Positions 29,348 to 42,708 are shown, numbered from the stretch's first letter. The stretch is DNA of 64,000 bases from Desulfobacterales bacterium (GCA_963668645.2 CAXXWC010000021.1:1152001-1216000); one strand, 5' to 3'. Numbers and translations: made by a program. Notes: generated by a model not told the origin, from the sequence alone.

Positions 29348-30508
29348 TCAAACATCGTGGACATAAAAATTATTGAACGTATTGGCCGCCTCTTCCAGCT
29401 TGCCAAACTTGGTCAAAGAGCCGACCAGTTCCTTCTTGATGTCATCCCAGGCCGGAAGCTGTGCGCCGGCCTGGGCGACCCACATCTCCTTTTCCCCGGG
29501 CGTGGGCACATGGAACTTCACCCCGGCCTTGGCCATCTCGGCCATGGCATAGGCGCGGCTCGCCGGAACCTTGGCCAGGTTCTGGCGGCTGGTCATTTCA
29601 CTGGCAAACACGACCCCGTCTTGAACGTCTTTCGGCAGGCCCTTGAACCACTCCAGATTGCAGGAATAGACCTGGGCGTCGGGGACAGCGGCATTGAAGG
29701 TCACGCAGGAGAGAATGTCCTTGAAGCCGTAAACCAGCAGGGCTTCAACACTCGAATCGAGGCCATCGGCCACACCCTGCTTGATCGCCGATGGGGTTTC
29801 ACTCCAGGCCACGGGAGTGGGGTTGGCACCGATTAGCTGGTAGAACTTCTGGAGGAGCTTGGAACCGGGAACGCGAAACTTGATCCCCCGCATCTGTTCC
29901 GGGGTTTTGATCGGCCCCTCCACCCCTCTGCGGATGGCGATGGTGCGCGGATCGATGCATACATACCACAGGGCCTTGAACCCTTTGGCCTCAATCTTGG
30001 GATCAACCTCCTGTTTCCAGGCCTTGGAAGTGACCAGATTGATGAACTGTTGGTTTTGGCCACAACAGTAAGGGATGTTGATCACGTCGACCGCCGGGGC
30101 GAACGGGGCGAAGTTGGCGATCGAGTGCTCCGCCGCCTGGATCGTACCGGCCTGGACCTTCTGCACCAGGGCACCTTCTGCACCGAGCTGTCCCCCGGGC
30201 GCCAGCTTGACGTACACCTGCCCGTTGGTGGCGTTTTGGATGTTTTCCTTGAAATCCATCTGCATGACCGGATAAGCCCGGGAAGCCCCGAGAATGTAAG
30301 GCGTGGCAAGGTTCATGGTGTACTTGGCGCGCTTCTGGCGCTCCTTTTCTTCATCTGCTATGGCGCCTGTCGCCAGGGCATCGCTGGAGCCCAGCGCGCC
30401 CACTGACATCGCAACGGCGGCAGTGGTGAACCCGACTTTTGTACTCAGCGCCAGGAACCGCCGACGCGCTTCGGATTTCAAACCTTTGAGTTCCTCTTTC
30501 TCGGTCAT
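29348..30508 (-). CDS. hpsK: Tat-exported TRAP binding protein, HpsK-like
   Basis: Twin-arginine ARRRFL; ENIQNATNGQVYVKLAPGGQLG and GIKFRVPGS resemble roseobacter HpsK as recalled; context. Confidence 0.75.
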   Translation of the reverse strand: MTEKEELKGLKSEARRRFLALSTKVGFTTAAVAMSVGALGSSDALATGAIADEEKERQKRAKYTMNLATPYILGASRAYPVMQMDFKENIQNATNGQVYVKLAPGGQLGAEGALVQKVQAGTIQAAEHSIANFAPFAPAVDVINIPYCCGQNQQFINLVTSKAWKQEVDPKIEAKGFKALWYVCIDPRTIAIRRGVEGPIKTPEQMRGIKFRVPGSKLLQKFYQLIGANPTPVAWSETPSAIKQGVADGLDSSVEALLVYGFKDILSCVTFNAAVPDAQVYSCNLEWFKGLPKDVQDGVVFASEMTSRQNLAKVPASRAYAMAEMAKAGVKFHVPTPGEKEMWVAQAGAQLPAWDDIKKELVGSLTKFGKLEEAANTFNNFYVHDV

Positions 30509-30517
30509 GATTTTCTC

Positions 30518-30772
30518 CTATTGCTTATCTGATGTTCGCTTTGACATCTCTACTGCCTCTCGATGCAATGCGACGATAATGAATGCTACAGAGGCCGCCA
30601 GCAGAATCAGAAATTCACCGACGTTGCCGATGTGGCAAATCTTCCACCCGAAAACGATGATCGCCTTTCCGATGAGGATGTTCAGCACGTACAGCCCGAA
30701 AAGAAAGATAAAAAGCGCCATCGCGATTCGCTCACCCCCGGCAAAGCCGATGTGGTTCTGTTTGTTTGGCAT
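30518..30772 (-). CDS. Small two-TM hypothetical membrane protein associated with the hpsKLM genes
   Basis: Two hydrophobic helices and GNVGEFLILLAASVAFIIVALHREA; stop 9 bp before hpsK. Confidence 0.7.
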   Translation of the reverse strand: MPNKQNHIGFAGGERIAMALFIFLFGLYVLNILIGKAIIVFGWKICHIGNVGEFLILLAASVAFIIVALHREAVEMSKRTSDKQ

Positions 30773-30912
30773 CGCTTCCCTCACCCCTGCTTGACTGGCC
30801 CGGGGGACAGGTACATCCCCCGGCCATGTGATTATCGGTGAGTCGGCCTTGCCGCTACCGGCACTGCTTCAGGACCACCGGCAAAGGCTGCCGTTCATCG
30901 CCAGAGCATTGC

Positions 30913-32079
30913 TCAGGCACTCTCGTAGAGTTTGGTCAGCACGAACTCCTGGTGACCGAGCACCTCCTGGGCCGTCAGCCGGCCGTTGCAGGTGCGCACC
31001 AGCAGCGCCAGCAGCGCGTCGCCGGCCTCGTCCAGGGTCAGTTCGCCGCGCAAAATCGCCGAGCAGTCGTAGTCCACGTGCTCGACCATGTCCTTGACCG
31101 TGCGCGGGTTGGCCGACAGTTTGATCACCGGCTCGATGGCATTGCCGATGATGTTGCCCTGGCCCGTAGGGAAAAAGTGGGCCACGAACCCGCCGGCAGC
31201 CCAAAGGGTCACGGCCTCGGCCGCCGCGCTGGACGTGTCCATGTACCAAAGGCCCGGGCCCGTGGGGCTCTCGGCCTTGTCGAGGACCCCCACATAGTTG
31301 ATCTTCTTGCCGATCTTTTGCAGGTTGCCGAAGGCCTTCTCCTCGATGGTCGTCAGCCCCCCGGCGATGTTGCCCTTGGTCGGCTGGCTGCCGGAAAGAT
31401 CGTCGGTCTTGTTGCGGTCGATCATCGCCGCATAGCGATCGAACATCGCCATGAACTGCGCGCCAATCTCCGGTGTGGCGCCGCGCTCCTTGCAGACCAT
31501 CTCGGCACCGGTAATCTCGCTGGTCTCGCCGAACGAGCAGGTTCCGCCCATGGCCACCAACTTTTCCAGCGCGTTGCCCACCGTCGGATTGGAGGCAAGC
31601 CCGCTGGTCGTGTCCGACTCGCCGCACTTGACGCTGACCCAGATCTCGCTCAGGTCGCACGCCTCACGCTTGAGTTCGCTGGCCCAGTGCACGAACTCCT
31701 TGGCCTTCCAACTGGCCATTTCCACCGTCTTGATCTCGCCGTGGCGCTCGATGGAAAAACCGGCCACCGGCTTTCCGGTCTTGGCGATCCCCTCGACGAT
31801 CACGTTGGTCCACTCCGGTTCGATGCCGATCACCACCACCGCCGCCACATTGGGATTGGCGCCGGTGCCGATCAGGGTACGAAAATGCAGCGCCAGGTCC
31901 TCGCCGAACTGCAGCCGCCCGTAGGGATGCGGCAGCGCCTTGCATCCCTTGATGTTGTAGGCCACCTTCTCACAGGCCGCATTGGACAGATCGTCCAGCG
32001 GCAGGATCACCACATGGTTGCGGATGCCCACCCGGCCGTTTTCGCGCCGGTAGGCCATTACCTTGGGAGTCGTCGTCAT
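30913..32079 (-). CDS. suyB: (R)-sulfolactate sulfo-lyase beta subunit (UxaA family)
   Basis: [36 protein letters not shown] and FPTGQGN. Confidence 0.92.
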   Translation of the reverse strand: MTTTPKVMAYRRENGRVGIRNHVVILPLDDLSNAACEKVAYNIKGCKALPHPYGRLQFGEDLALHFRTLIGTGANPNVAAVVVIGIEPEWTNVIVEGIAKTGKPVAGFSIERHGEIKTVEMASWKAKEFVHWASELKREACDLSEIWVSVKCGESDTTSGLASNPTVGNALEKLVAMGGTCSFGETSEITGAEMVCKERGATPEIGAQFMAMFDRYAAMIDRNKTDDLSGSQPTKGNIAGGLTTIEEKAFGNLQKIGKKINYVGVLDKAESPTGPGLWYMDTSSAAAEAVTLWAAGGFVAHFFPTGQGNIIGNAIEPVIKLSANPRTVKDMVEHVDYDCSAILRGELTLDEAGDALLALLVRTCNGRLTAQEVLGHQEFVLTKLYESA

Positions 32080-32082
32080 TTG

Positions 32083-32361
32083 CTACCACCTCCTGGTCTT
32101 CAGATTGTGGACGTGAACGTGGTCGCCCTTTTCAAAAGCCGCCACCACCCGACCGATATCGTGACCGTACTTGATCACGCCCTCGTCCACCGCGCGGGCC
32201 TTGAGCGCAATCTTGTGGCCCAGAGGAATGTCGTGGTTGGCCTTGACCCGGACCGCCTGCTGGCTGTCCATGAAAAGGCCTTCGGCCGTTTCACCGGCCT
32301 TGATTTCCACCGTAGCCACACCTACGGTGTCTGCCTGCTCGTGCACCAAGAACTGAATCAT
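32083..32361 (-). CDS. suyA: (R)-sulfolactate sulfo-lyase alpha subunit (SAF domain)
   Basis: FLVHE..DTVGV, DIPLGHKIAL, KYGHDIG and HVHVHNLKTRRW. Confidence 0.92.
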   Translation of the reverse strand: MIQFLVHEQADTVGVATVEIKAGETAEGLFMDSQQAVRVKANHDIPLGHKIALKARAVDEGVIKYGHDIGRVVAAFEKGDHVHVHNLKTRRW

Positions 32362-32542
32362 CGGTTAAGCCTCCTTGGATGATGAGATAATGTCTGGTCC
32401 AATCATTGCCATCACTGACACGCCTGCCCTGAATGTTTGCCAACAAGCCTTCCTTGAGCATCCATTCGAAATTCGCATCGACGCAATCCGCCGGGCGGCG
32501 ACCTGGATCGATCACGGCTGCCATTCAAGGGGATGCCTGCCG

Positions 32543-33538
32543 TCATTCCGGTCGCAGCACAATCTTGGCCGCCGCCGTGCGACCACAATCCAGGTCGTCG
32601 AAGGATCGAGGCCCGTCGGCCAGCGGCCGGTCCTCCACCCAGGCCAGATCCCCCAAAAGTCCTTGAGCCAAGGCGTCAGCCGCGGCCATGAAATCGGCCC
32701 GGCTGTAGCAGTAAACCCCTTGCAGCATGACCTCCATGAGGGTGATTTTGCGCATGTCCAACCCCTCGGCGCTGTCCATCAATCCGATGTGAACCAGCAC
32801 ACCGCCGGGGCTGACGGCGTACGATGCCAAACGCCGGGTCACCCCTGCGCCCACCGCGTCGATCACCAGGGGAAAGGCCCCCTCGTCCAGCGGGGAGTCG
32901 TGGAACGGGTCGTGGACGGCGCAGTCGCACCAGCGCGCGGCGGCCTCGCGCCGCAGCGGATTGCTTTCGGCCACCGTGACGCCGCCGGCCCCAGAGCCTT
33001 TGAGCAAAAGGGCCGTGAGAAGCCCTACCGCCCCTGCGCCGATGACCAGCACGGACTGTTCGGCCAGGGGACGAAGCGACAGTTTCCTGGCCAGGTTCAA
33101 GGCGTGCAGGGCGGTTGCCGCCGGCTCTGTCAGGGCGGCCTTCTCGAAGGGAAGTTGCGCCGGCATCGGCACCAGATTGCGCTTGGGGATGCACACGTAT
33201 TCGGCAAAGGCCCCGGCCAGGCGCATACCGATCAACTCCCGGGTCTTGCACAGGTTGTTGCGCCCCTGGTCACAAAATACGCAGTGTCCGCAGGTGATCA
33301 GGGGGTTGATCACCACGGCCTCGCCGCGACGCGACCCGCTGGCCACCGTCCCGGCGGCCTCATGGCCGAGGATCAGCGGGGGCACCCGCCGCGGATCGTG
33401 CCCGTGATAGGCATGCAAGTCCGAACCGCAGATACCCACCGCCTTGACCCGCACCAGCACCTCACCGTCCGCGGGCACCGGTTCCGGCGCCTCTCGAAAC
33501 TCCATATGATCCGGTCGGGTAAATACCAGGGCTTTCAT
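32543..33538 (-). CDS. hpsP: Zinc-binding dehydrogenase, HpsP-like DHPS 2-dehydrogenase
   Basis: GICGSDLHAYHGHDPRR, LGHE, CGHCVFC and GAGAVG; directly follows hpsN and hpsO. Confidence 0.8.
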   Translation of the reverse strand: MKALVFTRPDHMEFREAPEPVPADGEVLVRVKAVGICGSDLHAYHGHDPRRVPPLILGHEAAGTVASGSRRGEAVVINPLITCGHCVFCDQGRNNLCKTRELIGMRLAGAFAEYVCIPKRNLVPMPAQLPFEKAALTEPAATALHALNLARKLSLRPLAEQSVLVIGAGAVGLLTALLLKGSGAGGVTVAESNPLRREAAARWCDCAVHDPFHDSPLDEGAFPLVIDAVGAGVTRRLASYAVSPGGVLVHIGLMDSAEGLDMRKITLMEVMLQGVYCYSRADFMAAADALAQGLLGDLAWVEDRPLADGPRSFDDLDCGRTAAAKIVLRPE

Positions 33539-33560
33539 GGGCGGGTCCTTTCTGTTGCCT

Positions 33561-36701
<3,141 letters not shown>

Positions 36702-36783
36702 CGCCCCCTCCGCATTATTGTTCTCGGTTTCATTTATATTTTTGTTTAATTTTAAATTGTTATATATGTTTTACAACAAGTTT

Positions 36784-36799
36784 ATGTAACCGGTTACAT
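36784..36799. promoter_or_regulatory. Perfect LacI-type operator palindrome
   Basis: ATGTAACCGGTTACAT, just downstream of a minus-strand TTGACA (36823-36828) in the AT-rich leader of the LacI gene. Confidence 0.8.
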
Positions 36800-36960
36800 T
36801 TTTAATTCAAGTTCCCCGGCCCTGTCAACCCTAAAAATCGCCCGCCGCGAATTTTCGGTGAATGTTTGTCGTGGCCGGCCATTATCGCCGGATCGGAGGA
36901 CTTTTGGGATGGGTCGAGATGTGGAAGGGGTACACGGAAGTTTTTTAGGACGTCACCGAT

Positions 36961-37866
36961 CTAAACGGCGACCATCAGCCAAGCAATGTAGGTCACCGAC
37001 GAAAGCAGGGTGCTCAACGAAATCGCCGCGGCCGCCAGGTCCGGATCCCCACCCATTTCCCGTCCCATGACGTAAGCCACGGTGGCCGTGGGCGAGGCGA
37101 GCAGAATCAGTGCCGGTAGATATCCGGTCGGCGGCACGGCCGTCCATTTCCAGACGACCAGGGCTAACCCCGGAATCACCCCAAGCTTGATGGCGCTGGC
37201 GGCCAGGGACGGCACCAGTGCGGCCCGGATCTGGGCCGGTGAAAGGGTGGCGCCGATCACCAGCAGGGCCAGGGGCAGGGCCATCCTGGCAACGATGTCC
37301 AGGCTGCGATCCGCGACGGCCGGCAGCCGCAGCCCCAGCGCCGAAAAAGCGATCCCCAGCAACGATGCCACGATCACCGGATTGCCCATCACACGGTGCA
37401 ACCGCTGGACCAGCGAAACCTGCCGGCCGGCGGACAGGGTCACCACGGCCAGCAGGTTCTGCCAAATCATGATAAAGCCGGCCAGGATGCTGGCCCGTCC
37501 CAGGCCGTCATCGCCCAGGGAAAAATAGACCACGGCCAAGCCGATGTAGCCCACGTTGGCATGAAAAGCACACTGGCGAAAACTGGCCTGCCTTGCCGGC
37601 CCGGAGGCCAGCCGGCCGGCCACCAGGCCGGACACTAAAAATCCTGCCGCCACAGCCCCCAGGGTCACGGCCAGCACCGGCAGGTGAAACTGGTGACGCA
37701 GACTGCCGCCGGCAATGGCCCGGAAGATCATCGCCGGAATGGCCAAGTGATAGACTAGGCGGTTGGCCGGTCCGAGAAAGCCGGCCGGCAGGTATCCCCG
37801 TTGCCCGGCCAAAAGTCCGAGTCCGATAACGATAAAAATCGGGAAAATGGTTTCCGACAGGGGCAT
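36961..37866 (-). CDS. AEC (auxin efflux carrier/malate permease) family transporter
   Basis: NRLVYHLAIPA, HANVGYIGL, NPVIVASLLG and ASPTA. Confidence 0.88.
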   Translation of the reverse strand: MPLSETIFPIFIVIGLGLLAGQRGYLPAGFLGPANRLVYHLAIPAMIFRAIAGGSLRHQFHLPVLAVTLGAVAAGFLVSGLVAGRLASGPARQASFRQCAFHANVGYIGLAVVYFSLGDDGLGRASILAGFIMIWQNLLAVVTLSAGRQVSLVQRLHRVMGNPVIVASLLGIAFSALGLRLPAVADRSLDIVARMALPLALLVIGATLSPAQIRAALVPSLAASAIKLGVIPGLALVVWKWTAVPPTGYLPALILLASPTATVAYVMGREMGGDPDLAAAAISLSTLLSSVTYIAWLMVAV

Positions 37867-37896
37867 CTTGAGTACCGTCGGCCGCGCACCGCCCGC

Positions 37897-37926
37897 TTGA
37901 CTTTGGCCGCTAAAGATTTTTAAAGT
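37897..37926 (+). promoter_or_regulatory. Candidate sigma-70 promoter for the ThiS/ThiF pair
   Basis: TTGACT-N18-TAAAGT. Confidence 0.4.
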
Positions 37927-38047
37927 AGGCTCAATGCAAACAAGACGAGCCCAGCGCAGCGTGCCATGGCGCGTCCATAAGGCACCCGGAACAACAGATT
38001 GATCCATACCAGACGGCGCAACATTTTTCGAGCCCGGCGATCCTTCA

Positions 38048-38281
38048 ATGACCGACCGCATCCAAATCCACTGTTATGCCAGTCTCAAACCCCTCGAACC
38101 ACCCGACGCGACCGCGCATCCCATCACCACCGGCACCACGGTGGGCCACCTGCTCAGCAGCCTGGGAATCGTTCCCGGTCAGATCAAGCTGATCTTCGTC
38201 AACGGCCGCCGCGCCGCTCCCGAGACGGTCCTGAACCACGGTGACCGCCTCGGCCTCTTTCCGCCCGTGGGCGGCGGGTGA
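38048..38281 (+). CDS. MoaD/ThiS family ubiquitin-like sulfur carrier
   Basis: 77 aa; LIFVNG...LNHGDRLGLFPPVGGG C-terminus. Confidence 0.9.
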   Translation: MTDRIQIHCYASLKPLEPPDATAHPITTGTTVGHLLSSLGIVPGQIKLIFVNGRRAAPETVLNHGDRLGLFPPVGGG

Positions 38282-38316
38282 CGGCACAGACCGGCCCCCG
38301 GAGAAAGGCTCGCCCC

Positions 38317-39180
38317 ATGCAATCCTTTTTACTCAGCGCTGTTCGCCGGGCAACCGTGACGTCCCGGCGCCCGGATGGCACCCCTTACCAGGCCTTACCC
38401 CATTGCGAAACCCTGGCTATCGCCAGGCGCAGCGGTGCTGCGGTGCGCCTGGTTGAAATGGCGGCCCTGGCAGACGGGATCCTTCCCCGGCGCTACGCCC
38501 GCAATACCGCCAGCCTCGATGCGACCCAGCAAGCCAGACTCCTCGCATCCCGGGTGGCACTGGTCGGCTTGGGGGGCCTGGGCGGGCCGCTGGTGGAAAT
38601 CCTGGCCCGGCTCGGCGTCGGGCTGATGACCCTTGTCGATGGGGACGACTTCGAGGAGACCAACCTCAACCGCCAACTGCTGTGTACCGGCCGGAATCTG
38701 GGCACCTCCAAGGTCCTGAGCGCCGGCCGGCACCTGAGCCGGATCAATCCGGCGGTGGAAGCCCGCCTGGAACGCCGCCGTCTGACGGCCGAAAACGCCG
38801 TCGATCTGCTGCAAGGCGCCGACCTGGCCATGGACTGCCTCGACAACCTGCCGGACCGCTTCGTTCTGGAAGCCGCGGCGCGCCGGTCGGCCATCCCCCT
38901 CGTATCGGCCGCCGCGGGAGGGGCCAGCGGCCAACTGACTGTCGTATACCCCCAGGATCCTCCTGATCTTGGTTTATACGCCGTTTACGGACCGCCGCAA
39001 AACGCGCCCCGCTTTGGTGCCGAGGCCCGGCTCGGCACCCTGCCCCAGGCCGTATGGACCCTGGCCAGCCTGGCGGCCAGCGAAGCACTGAAAATACTTC
39101 TGCAAACCGGCAGCGGCCTGCACCGTCAGCTGCTGATCTTCGATTTGATGGACAACCGGTTCGAGGTGGCCGAACTGTAA
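38317..39180 (+). CDS. ThiF/MoeB/HesA family adenylyltransferase
   Basis: RYARN, GLGGLG, DGDDFEETNLNRQ and DCLDN. Confidence 0.9.
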   Translation: MQSFLLSAVRRATVTSRRPDGTPYQALPHCETLAIARRSGAAVRLVEMAALADGILPRRYARNTASLDATQQARLLASRVALVGLGGLGGPLVEILARLGVGLMTLVDGDDFEETNLNRQLLCTGRNLGTSKVLSAGRHLSRINPAVEARLERRRLTAENAVDLLQGADLAMDCLDNLPDRFVLEAAARRSAIPLVSAAAGGASGQLTVVYPQDPPDLGLYAVYGPPQNAPRFGAEARLGTLPQAVWTLASLAASEALKILLQTGSGLHRQLLIFDLMDNRFEVAEL

Positions 39181-39302
39181 AACCCAGAACACGGGCCGGC
39201 CTAGCCCCATGGCACCCTTTCCCGCCCGCTCAAATCGCCGCTGCCGGCAATTTTCCTGGACCACGCAGCGGCTTTTCCGGTGCCGGATAGATCAAAAAAC
39301 GG

Positions 39303-40070
39303 CTAGCCGGCGGCTGCCAGCAGCGCAGCCCCTACGGCGCCGTTGACCTGGGCCTGATCGGTAACGGCCACCGCGTGGCCGATCTGCCGTGCCAGAGCCC
39401 GCACCACCCCTCGATTGAGCGCCACCCCACCGGTCATCATCACCGGCGGCACCACCCCCACCCGGCGGGCCATGGTCGCCACCCGCGAGGCGATGGCCTC
39501 GTGAATCCCTGCGATGATGTTGGCCCGCGCTTCGCCCCGGGCGATGAGGCTGATCACCTCCGATTCGGCGAAGACCGTACACAGGCTGCTGATCGCTGCC
39601 GGCCGCTCAGCGCTCAGGGCCATGTCTCCGAAAGCGTCCAGATCCACTTCCAGGGCCCGCGCCATGACCTCCAAAAAGCGCCCAGTGCCTGCGGCGCACT
39701 TGTCGTTCATGACGAAATCGCGCACCCGGCCGCTTTCGTCCAGGGCGATGGCCTTGCTGTCCTGGCCCCCTATATCGATGACGCAGCGCACCGCCGGATC
39801 GGCATAGTGGGCCCCGGCCGCATGGCAGGTGATCTCGGTCACCGCCCGTTCGGCGAAGCCGACGCTGTTGCGCCCGTACCCGGTGGCCACGATGCGCGCC
39901 ACGTCCGAAGCGCGCCGCCCGGCGCCAGAAACCACCGCCTCGAAAACCTCTTCGGCCGCCTTGCGCGCGTTGTAACCGGTGGCGATCACCTTTACGGCGA
40001 GAATCCGTCCTGCCTCCAAAAGGGCCGCCTTGGTCGAGATGGAGCCCACATCGATGCCTGCCGTGATCAT
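39303..40070 (-). CDS. 2-hydroxyacyl-CoA dehydratase activator (HgdC/HadI/BcrAD ASKHA family)
   Basis: GIDVGSISTK, ATGYGR, IDIGGQDSK, MNDKCAAGTGRF and CTVFAESE. Confidence 0.93.
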   Translation of the reverse strand: MITAGIDVGSISTKAALLEAGRILAVKVIATGYNARKAAEEVFEAVVSGAGRRASDVARIVATGYGRNSVGFAERAVTEITCHAAGAHYADPAVRCVIDIGGQDSKAIALDESGRVRDFVMNDKCAAGTGRFLEVMARALEVDLDAFGDMALSAERPAAISSLCTVFAESEVISLIARGEARANIIAGIHEAIASRVATMARRVGVVPPVMMTGGVALNRGVVRALARQIGHAVAVTDQAQVNGAVGAALLAAAG

Positions 40071-41326
40071 GGCTGCTTGGAATCCTTTCTTTCCTTGACC
40101 ATCTCCATAAAGGCATCGATACGCGTTTCGACCTGTCCTTCGGCAAAGGCCCGCGGATCGACCATGTCGGCCTCGATCATCAGGGTCGGCAGGCCGCGCC
40201 GGTCCGCTACGATGCGCTGGATATCGTACTGGCCCAGCGAATAGGGCTTGCATGAACGGTTGGAATGCATCACCAGCCCGTCCACCTGGTACTTGTCGAT
40301 CATCTCCACCACGCTGGCCGCCATCCGGTCGATACCCAGGTTGAGATAGATCCGGGTGTAGCCGTCGGCCATGGAGCGCAAAAAATCGCTCTCATCTAGG
40401 TAGGGCAGGGAGCTGCACCAGGCTGAAGTGTAGGTATCGGCCACCAGGCAGGCCCCGTGGGCCGCGAAACGCTCGGAAAGCCAGCGGGTGCGATACCAGA
40501 TCGGCAGATTGTCCCAAAGCAGGCGGTAACGTTCATCGGCCACCGCCGCGATCCCCTCGTCGATGCGCTGGCGCATCTCGGCCAGCAGTTCACCGTAGTA
40601 GTCCACTGCGGTTTGGGTCCCGCGCAGGGTCACGATCAGGGCCAGGTGAAAAAAGGCGTCAAAGGCACTCAGGGGAGCCGGCCGGTGGGCGGCGGTATCC
40701 AGCACGGCCTGCCAGAGGCGTTGCGCCTCGATGGAAAGCCGGCCCACGGCCGCCATCCGCTCCAGGTCCATGGGCCGGCCGCAGGCGGCTTCCAGAAAAC
40801 GGATGTACTCTTGAATCTGGCCCTGCACATACCGGCGCACGGCATCGGAGCACCCGGTGTGGCAGATGGGGGTATCGAGGATGAAAAGGGGCACATCGAG
40901 GCTCCGGGCCTGAATCTCGTACCACTTGAGCACCGTGCCGCAGATATTGTTGCAGCAAACGAGCATGTCGGGCCGCGGCAGTCCGCCGATGGGTCCCCCG
41001 TCGATGAGCGCGGCGGCGATGTCAGCCCGAGCGTAGGAGCACAGATCACTGCTGTAGCCCATGGCCTCGGCCTTCTCGCACAGATCCTGGCCCATCTTGG
41101 CCGCACCGATCATGGCCCCGTGGTTTTCCGGGTAGACCGGAATGACGTCCATGGCGATCAGCGGCTCCACCGGGCCGCCGCTGGTGATCCAGGCCACCTT
41201 GCGGCCGTTGTCGGCGGCGGTCTTGGCCTCGATGTAGTAGTGCGTCATGATTTCTTTCATGCGCGCCACGCACCGGATCTTGGCGGTCCGGCCGCCGGGG
41301 GTGGCAGTCTGGGAGGCGACGGTCAT
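40067..41326 (-). CDS. 2-hydroxyacyl-CoA dehydratase subunit (HgdA/HadB-like)
   Basis: YPENH, DLCSY, CNNIC...KWYE and HSNRSCKP. Confidence 0.88.
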   Translation of the reverse strand: MTVASQTATPGGRTAKIRCVARMKEIMTHYYIEAKTAADNGRKVAWITSGGPVEPLIAMDVIPVYPENHGAMIGAAKMGQDLCEKAEAMGYSSDLCSYARADIAAALIDGGPIGGLPRPDMLVCCNNICGTVLKWYEIQARSLDVPLFILDTPICHTGCSDAVRRYVQGQIQEYIRFLEAACGRPMDLERMAAVGRLSIEAQRLWQAVLDTAAHRPAPLSAFDAFFHLALIVTLRGTQTAVDYYGELLAEMRQRIDEGIAAVADERYRLLWDNLPIWYRTRWLSERFAAHGACLVADTYTSAWCSSLPYLDESDFLRSMADGYTRIYLNLGIDRMAASVVEMIDKYQVDGLVMHSNRSCKPYSLGQYDIQRIVADRRGLPTLMIEADMVDPRAFAEGQVETRIDAFMEMVKERKDSKQP

Positions 41327-41340
41327 GATCCAAGCTCCTC

Positions 41341-42471
41341 TTATAGCATCTCCACAAAGGCTTCCAGCCGGGTGCGCAGCTGGCCCTCGGCCGCATGGGC
41401 TTCTTGCAGTTCCACCATCAAAACCGGCACACCGGCCGCTTCCAGGCGCTGCTTGAGATAGGGATAGTCGAAAAGGTGGGGATCGCAAAATTTCAAATAA
41501 ACCAGAACCACGCCGTCGGCCGCAGTCCGCCGGACCGCACCGACCATGGCGTCGCCCCGCGACGTGATGCCGGCATGTTTGGCCGGGCAAACCGTGCGTT
41601 CAAGATAGCACCTGGCCAGGGCGCGCCAGATGTCGATGCCGGTATCGATTCGGCCCGCCGCGTAACGCGCGCCGGTGCACAGATCGTCGCCGACCACCAC
41701 GGCCCCGGCAGCCTCGATGTACCGGTGCAGATCGGGCAGGTCACAGACCCCTCCGGCCAGCAGGAGACGCTTCGGGGTGCCACCCGCGCCGGTCTCGATC
41801 CGGGCCGTGGAGCGAAGACCAGCCAGGAGTTTTTCCAGGGCGTCGGCCAGCTCATGGCGGTCCATGACATGGCTGGCGCGCAGCACCGAAAACAGATCGT
41901 CGCCGGTGATGCGCCCCGGCTGCCGGTGCAACAGTTCGTACAAGGCGCACAGGCTCTGGCGGATCCGGTTGTAAAGCCCTGCGGCAGCATCGAGGCCCGC
42001 CGCGTCCACCGATTTTCCAAAGGCGCCGGCCACCTGTGCCCCGAAGGCCTTGAGAATCTCCGCGGCATAATCTTCGGCCCCGGGCCGCAGCACCGTCACC
42101 GGCCATACCAGGTCGGCATGGAAACGATCCGGACCGAGCAGCCGCCATACATCGCTCAGACGCTGGATCGAATCGCAGGTATGGGGAAACACGCTGCCAT
42201 CGAGAAAGTCGAGGCACCCGGAACGCCGGTCGGCCAGGACCCCGCGCACCAGGCTGCAGCTATAGGCCTGAAGGTTGGCGTCGGCCTCCTGAAGGTTGCG
42301 GCCGGAACCCAAAAGCCGCAGGGGAAGTCCGCCGGCAGCGACGATGATCTCTTCGGGAGCATAGGAACAAAGGGTACCGATCACCGGGCCTGCGGTCCGC
42401 TGCCGCCATTGGCGGGCATAGGCCAACGGATGGTCGGCGATCTGGCGAAAAGGGGCATATAGATCGGCCAT
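41341..42471 (-). CDS. 2-hydroxyacyl-CoA dehydratase subunit (HgdB/HadC-like)
   Basis: CSYAPEEI, PHTCD, DDLCTG, KFCDP and TRLEAFVEML. Confidence 0.88.
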   Translation of the reverse strand: MADLYAPFRQIADHPLAYARQWRQRTAGPVIGTLCSYAPEEIIVAAGGLPLRLLGSGRNLQEADANLQAYSCSLVRGVLADRRSGCLDFLDGSVFPHTCDSIQRLSDVWRLLGPDRFHADLVWPVTVLRPGAEDYAAEILKAFGAQVAGAFGKSVDAAGLDAAAGLYNRIRQSLCALYELLHRQPGRITGDDLFSVLRASHVMDRHELADALEKLLAGLRSTARIETGAGGTPKRLLLAGGVCDLPDLHRYIEAAGAVVVGDDLCTGARYAAGRIDTGIDIWRALARCYLERTVCPAKHAGITSRGDAMVGAVRRTAADGVVLVYLKFCDPHLFDYPYLKQRLEAAGVPVLMVELQEAHAAEGQLRTRLEAFVEML

Positions 42472-42626
42472 GATTGAACTCCGCTTTTTGTTCAGCGGCC
42501 GCAAGCCGCAGGAGCAGTCGCGTCTATATAGCGAAGCTCGGTGGAGAGATCAACCCGGCCGCAACCGTGGGGCCACCCAAAGATGACGCGTTCAGACCTG
42601 GGGGTTATGGCGGATCTGATAATCTG

Positions 42627-42656
42627 TTGACATCCACAAGGTGCAATCCGTAATAT
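42627..42656 (+). promoter_or_regulatory. Candidate sigma-70 promoter of gcdA
   Basis: TTGACA-N18-TAATAT, ~50 bp before the ATG. Confidence 0.55.
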
Positions 42657-42708
42657 CGTCACGTCTTTCCCTCCGCTCGGCACCTTTAAATTCTGAAGGG
42701 AGCACTCA

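Noticed and set aside
30913..32361. Altronate or galactarate dehydratase (uxaA/garD)
   Set aside because: Split SAF plus catalytic genes with the HPYGRLQFG motif next to hpsNOP indicate SuyAB.
39303..42471. Class I benzoyl-CoA reductase (bcr/bzd)
   Set aside because: Only one activator-type gene and no aromatic-degradation genes nearby; fits a dehydratase plus homodimeric activator. Not fully excluded without a phylogeny.
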